Positions 31,175 to 40,711 of a DNA stretch of 64,000 nucleotides are shown here, in pieces; the stretch's first letter is position 1; every line of letters begins with the position of its first letter. Where the stretch lies: contig CBFGJV010000006.1 of the NCBI GenBank assembly GCA_965649205.1, positions 41,611-105,610 on the forward strand, read 5' to 3'. The notes below the pieces were generated by a model. That model made no database searches. It was not told the origin of the DNA and saw only the letters and a list, made by a program, of their open reading frames with translations. This stretch comes from a candidate division WOR-3 bacterium (GTDB lineage: Bacteria; Hydrothermota; Tepidihabitantia; Tepidihabitantales; Tepidihabitantaceae). The position numbers and the translations under genes are program-made.

Positions 31175-32042
31175 GACAACCGCCCTTTCCGCCGCAGCAA
31201 CTGCGCTTGGCCTGCCGCGTTTCAAACATCTCCAGAGACTGTTTCTCTTCAGGCAGGTACAGTTGCAAACGCTGCATCAGCAAATCAAAGTCAACTTTGT
31301 GGCCGTCAAACTCCGGCCCGTCAACACAGGCCAGCCTGGTCTCGCCATCCACCTCCACCCGACATGCGCCGCACATTCCGGTCGCGTCCAGCATAATAGG
31401 ATTGAGACTGACAACGGTGGGAATCGCATACGGCTGGGTCAGCTTGGAAACCATTTTCATCATTATCACCGGCCCTACCGCAAATACCCGGTCTACTTTC
31501 CTGCCACGTTCAATCACCGCTTTCAGAGCATCAGTCACAAGACCTTTCTGACCATAACTACCATCATCTGTCATCACTATGAGCTCATCTGAGACTTTTC
31601 TCATTTCCTCTTCCATCATACGCAGACCGCCATGACGGAAACCGAGTATGGAAACAACGTAGTTTCCCGCTTGCTTCAACCCCCGCGCCACCGGGTAAAT
31701 CTCCGGAGTACCCACTCCTCCGGCAACGCACACTACGGTTCCAAAATTTCTGATGTCTGTGGGTCTGCCTAGCGGACCAATGAAGTCAAGAATAGAATCC
31801 CCCGCTTCTAAAGTGCCCAGAAGCTTGGTCGACTTGCCAACTTCCTGAAATACTATGACCACCACCCCCTCATCTGGTCGCAAATCGCCAATAGTTAAAG
31901 GGATTCTTTCGCCCTGCTCGTGTATACGCAGCACCACAAATTGACCCGGCCTGGCTTTGCGGGCTATTTCTGGTGCCTCCAAATCCATTCTTTTAATACC
32001 GGGCGCCAGAACTTCCTTTCGCAGTATTTTAGTCAAATGCAC
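31167..32042 (-). CDS. nfnA: NfnA / sulfide-dihydroorotate dehydrogenase-like FAD/NAD-binding subunit
   Basis: PGQFV, ERIPLT, GPLG and DATGMCGAC...ACVDGPEF motifs. Confidence 0.9.
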   Translation of the reverse strand: MHLTKILRKEVLAPGIKRMDLEAPEIARKARPGQFVVLRIHEQGERIPLTIGDLRPDEGVVVIVFQEVGKSTKLLGTLEAGDSILDFIGPLGRPTDIRNFGTVVCVAGGVGTPEIYPVARGLKQAGNYVVSILGFRHGGLRMMEEEMRKVSDELIVMTDDGSYGQKGLVTDALKAVIERGRKVDRVFAVGPVIMMKMVSKLTQPYAIPTVVSLNPIMLDATGMCGACRVEVDGETRLACVDGPEFDGHKVDFDLLMQRLQLYLPEEKQSLEMFETRQAKRSCCGGKGGCRG

Positions 32043-32161
32043 TCCTTCGAAACTTCCTCAAATAGACTGCAAATAATAAATGACTGCGCCGGCATACGCC
32101 GGCACCTTCCGGAACAACCGTTTCTCTCAGTTAGCACCGGAAAACTGCCAAAGAGATACTG

Positions 32162-32189
32162 ATTATACCGGCGGCCGGCTGTCGGTCAA
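32162..32189 (-). promoter_or_regulatory. Promoter of nfnAB-ddl (TTGACC-16-TATAAT)
   Basis: Near-consensus boxes. Confidence 0.7.
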
Positions 32190-32941
32190 GACCGCCCGAC
32201 AAAAACGCTCGTCGTAGTCGCCTGCTCAATGGGATGCAGCCTCAGCAGTACGCTATCAGCCACATATCAAAGGAATCTGCTGGTATGCTACAGGAACTGA
32301 CCCGCCCGCCAGCCCAGCTCTGTTTCATGGCACCGGCCGACGCTCCTTCACGACCCGCAGAAAATGTATAGTCCGAACTCGCAGCAGAAGACAAACTTCC
32401 ATCGGCTCACCAGCGCTGAAACTGCCAATCTGACTGCACATTCCCGTCTTCAAATAATGCTCATCAGTATTATTCTCCGTCTGGGCTTATTACCGACTAA
32501 CTGCCTTACCAGCAATAAGATAGGCCAAACCACATCTTGCCCCCCCCTCCCCAGCCCCCCAGCCACTCCCCCAGTCGTTGCCTCCCCAACCTAATCTGTG
32601 GCTCTCAGGCATGGCATCTGACTCTCTCGCCCTGCCAACCACCCGGACGCATTCCCTACGATAGGACAGAACACTCAGAAAGCAGTCAGTCTGGTTCTCA
32701 TCCGGGCCAAAATCAGTTTCAGGGGTATTGAAGAATACTGTGCCCCTCACCGACCAGTTTCGCCCATCAGGGTCTGGAGCAAAAAGCAGTTAACCTACAG
32801 GATAGGTTTCTGTTTGATTTGGTTGCAGGCCTACTGCATCGCAGGGACAAAACGCATCTGCATCTGACACTGTAATCTCTTTGTTTCCCTCGTCCTCGAG
32901 GACAAACTGACCATCTTCTTCGGGCGAAACCAGGTACGTCC

Positions 32942-32969
32942 TTGACTTCGCTTTCACTTATAGTAAGCT
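32942..32969 (+). promoter_or_regulatory. Promoter of secG-rplU (TTGACT-16-TAAGCT)
   Basis: Motif match; SD TAAGGAG before the secG ATG. Confidence 0.6.
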
Positions 32970-33005
32970 TCCAAATAAAGATAAAGATAATAAGGAGCAA
33001 CCTCA

Positions 33006-33326
33006 ATGTACGGTGTTTTAATATTTATTCACCTGCTTGTGGCGGTGCTGCTGATTCTCGTGGTGCTCATACAACAACCACAGAAGGGAGGCATGGCTAC
33101 CATCATGGGCGGTGGAGAGACAATCTTTGGCGGCTCCGGGGCGGCGCCATTTATGACCAGACTGACTTCAATTCTGGCCATTCTTTTCATGCTGACTTCC
33201 ATCGGTCTTGTCCTAACTTCGCCCAGCAGGGCCCGGACAGCAATCCCGACCCAGACCGTTCCTGCTGAAGCCACTCCGCCCCAGCCGGAACCAGAACAAC
33301 CTGCTGTACCAACAGGAGGTGAATAG
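33006..33326 (+). CDS. secG: Preprotein translocase SecG
   Basis: Two TM helices, VLIQQPQKGG...FG...MTRLT. Confidence 0.93.
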   Translation: MYGVLIFIHLLVAVLLILVVLIQQPQKGGMATIMGGGETIFGGSGAAPFMTRLTSILAILFMLTSIGLVLTSPSRARTAIPTQTVPAEATPPQPEPEQPAVPTGGE

Positions 33327-33661
33327 TGTACGCAGTACTACGTATAGCCGGATTTCAATACCTGGTAAAGGAAGGCGATGTAGTTACGGTTCCACATCTC
33401 GGACTAGAACCCGGGGCTCGTCTGCGCCTGGAGGACGTGCTTTTTCTCCGTACCGCCAACCAGGCCATCGCAGGACGCCCGCATGTGCCCGAACCGTCAG
33501 TAGAAGCAGAAGTTGTAGAAAACTTGCGTGGGCCCAAGCTGCATGCCTTCAAATTCCGCCGTCGTGAGAACTACAGACGCAAACTTGGGCACCGCCAGCT
33601 TCTTACCAAGTTGCGCATCTCCAAGATAGACTATATGGCAGATTCAACCATCAAAGGCTAA
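33326..33661 (+). CDS. rplU: 50S ribosomal protein L21
   Basis: MYAV...GFQYLVKEGD and YRRKLGHRQ motifs. Confidence 0.95.
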   Translation: MYAVLRIAGFQYLVKEGDVVTVPHLGLEPGARLRLEDVLFLRTANQAIAGRPHVPEPSVEAEVVENLRGPKLHAFKFRRRENYRRKLGHRQLLTKLRISKIDYMADSTIKG

Positions 33662-33679
33662 CCCCGAAGGAGGTAAGTA

Positions 33680-34531
33680 ATGCGCCTTGCTGTAATAACA
33701 GCCTTTGCAGTCTGCGCCTCGGCACTGACCGTTCGAGCAAATCTCCTGGTAAATCCGGATTTTTCCGGATGGACCAATCCGAACAGACCTACAGGCTGGT
33801 TTGTGGAAGACACAACCAAAGCCAGGGTCGAACAAGCTACTAACCCGGTCCGTAGCGCTCCCTATGCGGTTAAACTGACCCGGCGTGTAGCAGGCACTGG
33901 CAACAACGCCGGTATCATACAATATGTAGCGGTATCTCCCAATCTCGACTATACGCTATCCGTATGGTTTCTGGACGACGACGTGAACGCCAGCGGCGGC
34001 TGCGGCATCAGTTGGTACACCCAAGATACTACCTTTATATCAAGTACCACCAATGCCTATACCGATTCGGCTATTCGCACCTGGCAGAAAGTAGTAAAAA
34101 CGGCCACTGCACCGGCCACTGCGGCTCTGGCTAAAGTATACTTCCGAGTGTACGGCTTCACTGGCAGCCCGGCCGGGGGAGTAGTCTATCTGGATGACGC
34201 CAGTTTTGTGCAGGGGTCAGGTGTAACAGAGGACAAATTCTACCCTGCCGCACAGACCTGTCGACTAAGAATCAGCCCCAATCCGACACCAGGCCAAACT
34301 GTAATGCAGGTAACTCTGACTCAGCGAGAACAAGTTAAACTCGCGGTATACGATCTGACTGGCAGAATCGTCTCCTCTGTTTTCTCTGGCGTCCTGAATG
34401 CGGGTTCGCATTCTTTCTCCTGGAAAGCAATTGATCTGGATAACAAACCTCTGTCTAACGGTCTTTATTTCGTGTTAATGTCAGACGCCAGCGATAAGGT
34501 TGCCGTAGCCAAGCTGCTCATCGAACGCTAG
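33680..34531 (+). CDS. Secreted protein: CBM4/9-like galactose-binding-fold domain plus T9SS/FlgD-Ig C-terminal domain
   Basis: Signal peptide; NLLVNPDF...YLDD; C-terminal PNP...VYDLTGR...GLYF. Confidence 0.75.
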   Translation: MRLAVITAFAVCASALTVRANLLVNPDFSGWTNPNRPTGWFVEDTTKARVEQATNPVRSAPYAVKLTRRVAGTGNNAGIIQYVAVSPNLDYTLSVWFLDDDVNASGGCGISWYTQDTTFISSTTNAYTDSAIRTWQKVVKTATAPATAALAKVYFRVYGFTGSPAGGVVYLDDASFVQGSGVTEDKFYPAAQTCRLRISPNPTPGQTVMQVTLTQREQVKLAVYDLTGRIVSSVFSGVLNAGSHSFSWKAIDLDNKPLSNGLYFVLMSDASDKVAVAKLLIER

Positions 34532-34546
34532 AAAACCGGCGTTGAA

Positions 34547-35062
34547 GTGTCTAAACCGAACAAAACGATGAAGGCCAGACAACCAACTGCTCTGGAAGCA
34601 ATAAACAAGCTTGGCAAGAAAGTTGCTACCATGACCCAGGCCGAGCTGGCGCGAGCGGTAGGTGTATCCCGCGAACGAATTCGTCAGCTGGTGCCGCGTA
34701 TGAAGATAAAACCAGGCCGGCGGGTGCGCGCCTGGCATCGGACCTTGTCAAAAAAGGTCTGTGCTGAGATGGCACGCCTGCATGACAAGGGGAAATCTCT
34801 GGCTGAAATCGGCCGGCAGTTCGGTGTGAGCGACTACCACGTACGCGAAGCCATACGGCAGGTACGCCTGCAAATCGAACCAGCAGGGAAGATTCAACGC
34901 CTGCGCCGACTGGACGCTCTACGTCGACTTCTGGACCAGGGACTCACCTTTGAGCAGGCCTGCGACAAGCTGGGATTCAGTGCGTTGCAGCGACGGCGCT
35001 ATCGTCGCCAACTGGGTCTGTGCTGGGACGGAAAGAAAACTGTTCCGGAGAAAAAAGCGTAG
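34547..35062 (+). CDS. Basic DNA-binding protein with three helix-turn-helix-like motifs
   Basis: TQAELARAVGVSRERIRQL; SLAEIGRQFGVS; TFEQACDKLGFS. Confidence 0.7.
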   Translation: MSKPNKTMKARQPTALEAINKLGKKVATMTQAELARAVGVSRERIRQLVPRMKIKPGRRVRAWHRTLSKKVCAEMARLHDKGKSLAEIGRQFGVSDYHVREAIRQVRLQIEPAGKIQRLRRLDALRRLLDQGLTFEQACDKLGFSALQRRRYRRQLGLCWDGKKTVPEKKA

Positions 35063-35196
35063 CGTATCTTCGGCACGCTCCTTCTTTTCTGGCCGCATAG
35101 GAATTTTTAATCGATGCTATGTACTTGACTGTGGGAGCACGTAGCTATTTGCTGTCGAAACCAACCCCCAACGAACCAGACACCAAAAAACAAAAA

Positions 35197-35270
35197 TGGG
35201 CGATACAAGAGTTGAACTTGTGACCTCTGGTATGTGAGACCAGCGCTCTAACCAACTGAGCTAATCGCCC
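35197..35270 (-). tRNA. tRNA-Val(CAC)
   Basis: Reverse complement GGGCGATTAGCTCAGTTGGTTAGAGCG-CTGGT-CTCACAT-ACCAG-AGGTCACAAGTTCAACTCTTGTATCGCCCA. Confidence 0.95.
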
Positions 35271-35280
35271 TCTAAAAAGT

Positions 35281-35308
35281 ATTTTAGCCAGCGGCCATAG
35301 TTAGTCAA
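35281..35308 (-). promoter_or_regulatory. Promoter of tRNA-Val (TTGACT-16-TAAAAT)
   Basis: Motif match just upstream of the tRNA. Confidence 0.7.
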
Positions 35309-35345
35309 CTACCAGCCGATACCCTCGGCCTGGGAAGTAGACAAA

Positions 35346-35371
35346 GAGGGCGGCGCCGAGACGCCGCCCTC
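35346..35371 (-). terminator. Terminator hairpin after the RRM gene
   Basis: 10-bp stem GAGGGCGGCG/CGCCGCCCTC followed by TTTGTCT on the minus strand. Confidence 0.7.
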
Positions 35372-35387
35372 CTGCTTCAGGTCTTAC

Positions 35388-35678
35388 TTACCAGCGGTTG
35401 CCGGAATCACCGCCAGACCTGCCGCCTTCCTTGCGCGAACGCGCCTCGTTAACGGTCAGGGCTCGGCCGTTCATCTGGTAACCGTTCAGGGCAGAAATAG
35501 CTGCCTGAGCTGCTTCGTTGTTTGCCATCTCTACGAAGGCAAAACCACGCGAACGGTCGGTGAATTTGTCTTTGACTATCTCAGCCGAAGTTACTTCACC
35601 ATGCTTGCTGAACAGCTCATGCAGCTGCTCTTCTGTAGCGCTGAAGGGAAGATTCCCTACGAAAATGCGCTGACCCAT
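35388..35678 (-). CDS. RRM (RNP-1) RNA-binding protein
   Basis: IFVGNL (RNP2) and RGFAFVEM (RNP1) motifs, Gly-rich tail. Confidence 0.95.
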   Translation of the reverse strand: MGQRIFVGNLPFSATEEQLHELFSKHGEVTSAEIVKDKFTDRSRGFAFVEMANNEAAQAAISALNGYQMNGRALTVNEARSRKEGGRSGGDSGNRW

Positions 35679-35855
35679 CGAAAAACCTCCGATGTATTTT
35701 TGCTTGGGAGTCGCTAAAGGACACTACGGCTCAGGACTCAGGCGCTAACACGGTCCGGACTCATAGGCCAATGAACGAACACAAGCTGCTTAGTGGACCT
35801 CTTCTTACTTTTCCTTAGAGCTGGATGTGAGGTCCCTCCACAACCAACTGATTGT

Positions 35856-35884
35856 ATTATAGAGGCCATAACTCTCTCTGTCAA
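35856..35884 (-). promoter_or_regulatory. Promoter of the RRM gene (TTGACA-17-TATAAT)
   Basis: Perfect consensus boxes about 180 nt upstream of the ATG. Confidence 0.8.
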
Positions 35885-36009
35885 ATTCTACGCCTACCTG
35901 TAAATAGGCCGGTAACTTGACATCTGCTGGCGGCGGATGCTACAACAATTCAGTGCCGCTAGATGTAAGAGCAAGCCATTTACCTAATAGCCCGAAAAGA
36001 TGAGGTAGC

Positions 36010-38169
36010 TTGAACAAAGTGCTGACCGCGGTCCTGCTTACTGCTGGTGTGCTGCTAACAGCCGCACAGGGTAACCTGTTGACCAATGGCGACTTTGAAC
36101 AGCCGCTCACGGTCGGCTGGAGCCAAGAGTTTGATGATAGCCAGGGGTCATACGTAATCACCCGTGATACAACACTGCAACCAGACCCGGATTTCGAAGT
36201 GCGCATATATAAGTACTTGCGCTACTACGCCAGGTTGAAACAAACAGTAGCCGTGCCTGGTACAAACGTGCGTTTCTCTGGCGCGGCCAAACTGGTTGCC
36301 ACTAAAGGTCCGACCAGCGGTTACTATGCCTATGCTGCCATAATTCTGGAATATCAGAACGCCGGCGGAGAAGTTCTGGGCCGTACCTGGATAATGAAAA
36401 AGATAGGCGACTTCAATCCCCAGAATACCCCCACTCAGCACTACATACTGACTATAAGCGATGTTTGGGAGAACTACGGTTTTGTTCTCGCTGATGAGTT
36501 AGCCAATCTGCCAGGCATCAACCCCCGGGATATTTCCCGGGTAAGTGTCGTTGTGGAAAGCTACGGCACCGGCGCTTCAGGTTGAGGGGGATGTGAAACC
36601 ACGACGGAGGTCTCCGCCGATGACATAGCCCTCACATACCTGGGCGCTGCTCCATTTCTCACCTACCAGTCAAACACAATTATTGACCCGCCACCCGGAA
36701 GAAATAACAACGGCCGATTTGATCCGGGCGAGAGCGGCGATATACGTGTGAAAGTGAAGAATGTAGGCAACCAGGAGGCACACACTGTCACCGCAGTTCT
36801 GCGGTCAGGGCATGATCTGTTTGTCGTCACCGACTCTACCGGTAGTTTTGAAGACATACCAGCCGGTGGCAGTGCTGAGAACGATGCGGACCGGTTCTCA
36901 ATTCAAGTCAACAGCAGCATGCGTCCCGGCACGACAGTCCTCTGCACCCTCCTGCTGCACTGCGAGAACTGGGGATACGACTGGAAGTATGTTTTCACCC
37001 TCCAGGTAGGCACGGCACCGCGGCCAGGCCAATACGTGGTTACGCTAGATACCGGCTCAGTTTCGCTTTCAGTCTGTGCCATAGGCTCGCTGGGCTTCAA
37101 CGAGCCTGGCGGAACTGGTAACGGCTTCCGCGTGCCCAAGACCGTCGCCAACACTCTTTACTATGGTAGCATAATGGCTGGGAATTCAGACGCCTATCTG
37201 GTTGACCACTTCTTCTCGCGACCTGCTTCTGGTCCCACACACAAGGACTGGGCGATGGAAGAGAGCTTCAGGTTCATATTCCCCGGTTCACCGGCAGATA
37301 TGCACTGGATGAACACAATGAACGATGCAGGTCACACTTCGCCCCGCCGGCTGCGGACAGAGCAGCACTGGTATATGAATGCCAATCCCACTAATTCCAA
37401 CTGGACAGTTGTAACGCTGGAACTGAAGAACGACGGCACCAGCCCGCTGAATGAAATGTACGCCGGCATCATAGGCGATTTTGATGTTGGGTCTTCGCCT
37501 ACGACCAATATTGTCGGTTCAGATGAAACCCGGCGTGCGATCTGGATGGCACAGGCCACAAGCGAAAACCCCACAGTAGGCTTTGTTCTCCTGGACCCGC
37601 CGATGTTCGCCAACCTGACTGCGGTAGACCACGCGCGCTATGTGTATCCTGATTCGGCTATGACCGATGGTATGAAGTGGCGTCTGCTCAATGGTACCAT
37701 CTCTTTACGTCAGTCTAATCGCAGCTATGACTGGTCAGTGCTGGTCTCGGCCGGACCGTTCAACCTGCCAATTGGTTCAAGTCAGAAACTGGCCTTCGCA
37801 GTTGTAGGAGCAACAAGCCGGGCCGGCTGGTTTGCCGCGGTCGAGAGCGCGCAGAAGTGGTACGACGCTAACCTGGTAGGTGTAGAGGAAGAAAAACCGT
37901 GCCCTGCCTACATCGAACAGTCTCTGCTACTTCGGCCCAATCCTTTCTCTCGTGCCACTTACGTGTACTACTTCGCACCGACAGCATCCCGCGTATGCCT
38001 GTCCGTGTATGACATCTTGGGCCGGGAAATAGAACGAACGTATTTTGATGCTGGTGCAGGCGTAAACCGCTACGTCTGGCAACCTAAAAACGTTACTCCT
38101 GGTATCTACTTCGTGAAAGCGACCACACCAAACCACGAAACTACAGCTAGAGCTCTTCTGCTGGAATAA
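36010..38169 (+). CDS. Predicted 719-aa secreted selenoprotein (Sec192 in U-G-G-C): signal peptide, CBM-like domain, Ig-like domain, beta-sandwich region, T9SS C-terminal domain
   Basis: ORFs 36010-36585 and 36748-38169 share a frame and are separated only by TGA 36583-36585. The intervening sequence encodes VSADDIAL and NNNGRFDPGE motifs; a SECIS-like hairpin follows the TGA. Confidence 0.8.
36583..36634 (+). promoter_or_regulatory. Bacterial SECIS element (candidate)
   Basis: UGAGGG/CCCUCA and AUGU/ACAU lower stem, CG-A-CGG/CCG-C-CG upper stem, apical loop AGGUCU at 36608-36613. Confidence 0.78.
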
Positions 38170-38193
38170 GAAGATCCGCTCGGTGTTATGGAT

Positions 38194-38224
38194 GGGGCGC
38201 TCTGCGGAGCGCCCCCGACTTTCT
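38194..38224 (+). terminator. Terminator hairpin after the selenoprotein gene
   Basis: GGGGCGCTC-TGCG-GAGCGCCCC followed by a short T-rich tail. Confidence 0.65.
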
Positions 38225-38262
38225 GTGCCATTTTGACTTACAGCCAGCCGGTACTATTGTTT

Positions 38263-40647
38263 ATGAACAAGGCAGAGATGTCTATGATGTCGGCACTAGT
38301 GCTGGCCGGAGCGGCTCTGGCGCAGCCGATTGGTGCGGACGCGGCCATCAAATGCAGAGGCGGGCGAGCCGGTGGAGTTCGCGGACGCTGTCCTGTACTC
38401 GCTGCCGGACGGCTCCCAGGTGCAGGGCACGATCACAGATAAAACTGGCAGTTTCGCCCTTACCGCGCTTCGTCCCGGACGTTACTATCTAGAGGTCTCT
38501 TTCATCGGATATCAGACGAAAACAGTGGACAATATTGAATGCGCGGAGGGAGCCAGACTGGACCTGGGTCGGCTGGAATTGCAGGCAAAGCCGGTACCGG
38601 TAGAAGGCGCGGAGGCAACAGCTACCACTCTTACCATTTCTCGCAAGCTGGACAAGATTGTGATTGACGTTACCAAACTGCTCAATGCCGGGTCGGGCAC
38701 CGCGGTGGATGCTCTGAAAAACGCGCCGTCGGTGAAGGTGAACATTGACGACAACGTCACCCTGCGCGGCAGTTCCAACTTCAAGGTACTGGTGGACGGC
38801 AGACCGAGCGAGCTGGAGCCACAGGACGCCTTGAAGCAGATTCCGGCCGCGACGATCGACAATCGGCCAGGTACGAGGCGGATGGGCCCGCGGGTATCGT
38901 CAACATACTGCTGAAGAAGCAGAAGGGTCCGGGCATCAGCGGGATGGCTAACGCCAACGCAGGTCTGAACAACCGGTATGGCACTGACCTCCTGGCCGGG
39001 TATCGTGAGGGGAAAGTCAACGTCTACGGCGGCGGCAACATCAACCGCTTCTCGTGGCTGAACCGCAGTGAGTCAAAGAGGAAGATAGTCACAGGAAGCG
39101 ATACTCTTGTTACAGCGAGCAAGGGTTCGGGCCGCGGGGGCCCGGTCTTTGGTGGCGGCCGGGCTGGTGGAGACATCGAGCTGGGGCCCAGGGATAAGGT
39201 CGGTCTGTCGTGCCGGATGCGCGGTTTTCGCACCGGCGGTGTCTGCGGTTCGGATGCAACAGAGCGTCGTCTGCCTCAAAATTCGGTCAGGCACTATACG
39301 ACCGAGGAAACCTGGCTTTGGACCGGCACAGCACTGTTCGGCATGGCCGATTACGAGCACGGGTTTGATACCAGCGGCCAGAAGTTGACCGGACGGCTCT
39401 ACCTCATCAATCGTTCCGGCGGCTCCAGCGGGTTGCGCCAGGAGATGGAAGCAAAAGATACAGTCTATGGTAGACGCAATGAGCAGGGAAGGCCGTGGCT
39501 GCGTCTTACCGGTGAACTGGGGTACGAGAAACCGGCACTGGCCGGCGGCAAGCTGGAATCGGGCTACGAAGGTAATCTGGAACGCACGTCGGACGATATG
39601 AAGCAGTGGCAGTACGATACAGCCGCGCACGCCTACGAGCCGGATACATTGTCCAATCACTCCAACTCTGGAGCAGACCAGGTGCACGCGGCGTACGCCA
39701 CATGGTCAACAGAGTGGCGCGGGCTGGGAATACAGCCCGCTCTGCGCGTGGAGTATGAGGGCCGCGCGGTCGAGGTATTGGACACGGATTCGACCTACCT
39801 GGTGAACCGATGGGACGCATTTCCCAGCCTGCACTTGTCTTACGGCCTGCCCGCGAATCAGCAAGTGAGCGCGAGCTATTCCCGTCGGGTGAACCGGCCA
39901 AGCATCTGGGAGCTGGACCCGTTCCCGAACTGGCAGGGGCCGCACAGCGTGTACCAGGGCAACCCGCTGCTTTCCCCTGAGTTCACCGATTCCTGGGAGG
40001 CCGGGTACGAGTTGTCGTTCGGACAGAACTCGGTCAACGCGGGTCTGTACTACCGTGTCACGCGCGACCTGTTTCAGTGGGTGACGATGAAGTATGCTCC
40101 GGACACGGCTGCACTCTTGACTACACCGCGCAATGTGGGACAGGACTATTCGCTGGGAGGCGAGTTCTCAGCCAATCTCAATCCGTGGAAGTGGCTGACG
40201 CTCGCGCCCAGCGCGGACCTGTACGACTATCGCGTTACCGGCAATCTGCTCGGCCAGGACTTCGCCCGTTCGAGTTTCGCCTGGAGCAGTTCCCTCAGCC
40301 TGACTCTGCGCGCACCCTTTGGCACACAGGTACAGTTGGATGGAAACTACACTGCTCCAACGGTCACGTCTCAGGGCAGAGAAGGAGGCTGGTTCGATAC
40401 CGATGTGGCGGTCAGGCAGATGTTCTTGAACCGGACATTGTCAGTTACCCTACGGATCGGACACATCTTCGGCGGTGTGCCCTGGAGAACTGAATCAGCG
40501 GGCCCGGGGTTTTCCGCCAGCTCATCCTATTTCCACGACGAAAGGGTGGTGACTCTTTCCATAAGCTACAACCTGAACAACTTCCGGCCCAACCCGAAAA
40601 TGCGCGCTGGCGAAGGCGAAGAAATGCAAGGTGGTCCGGGTCGCTGA
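38263..40647 (+). pseudogene. TonB-dependent receptor / outer-membrane beta-barrel, disrupted by two frameshifting deletions (about 38350 and 38862)
   Basis: Signal peptide (frame 1), carboxypeptidase-regulatory-like domain and plug (frame 2), then SARYEADGPAGIVNI and the barrel (frame 1). Confidence 0.8.
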
Positions 40648-40671
40648 GTTGCAACTTCGGTTCTGGTCTGC

Positions 40672-40699
40672 TTGACACGGGGCAGGTGGTTTCTATCAT
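40672..40699 (+). promoter_or_regulatory. Promoter of the hdr-mvh operon (TTGACA-16-TATCAT)
   Basis: Motif match. Confidence 0.7.
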
Positions 40700-40711
40700 A
40701 ACTTTCTTACC

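Noticed and set aside
34547..35270. Integrated element at tRNA-Val
   Set aside because: No integrase, and I found no duplicated tRNA 3' end in the window.
36583..36585. Alternative genetic code (UGA as Trp or Gly) as the explanation of the in-frame TGA
   Set aside because: TGA terminates many intact housekeeping genes here (gap, pgk, tpiA, rpmD), so read-through must be site-specific.
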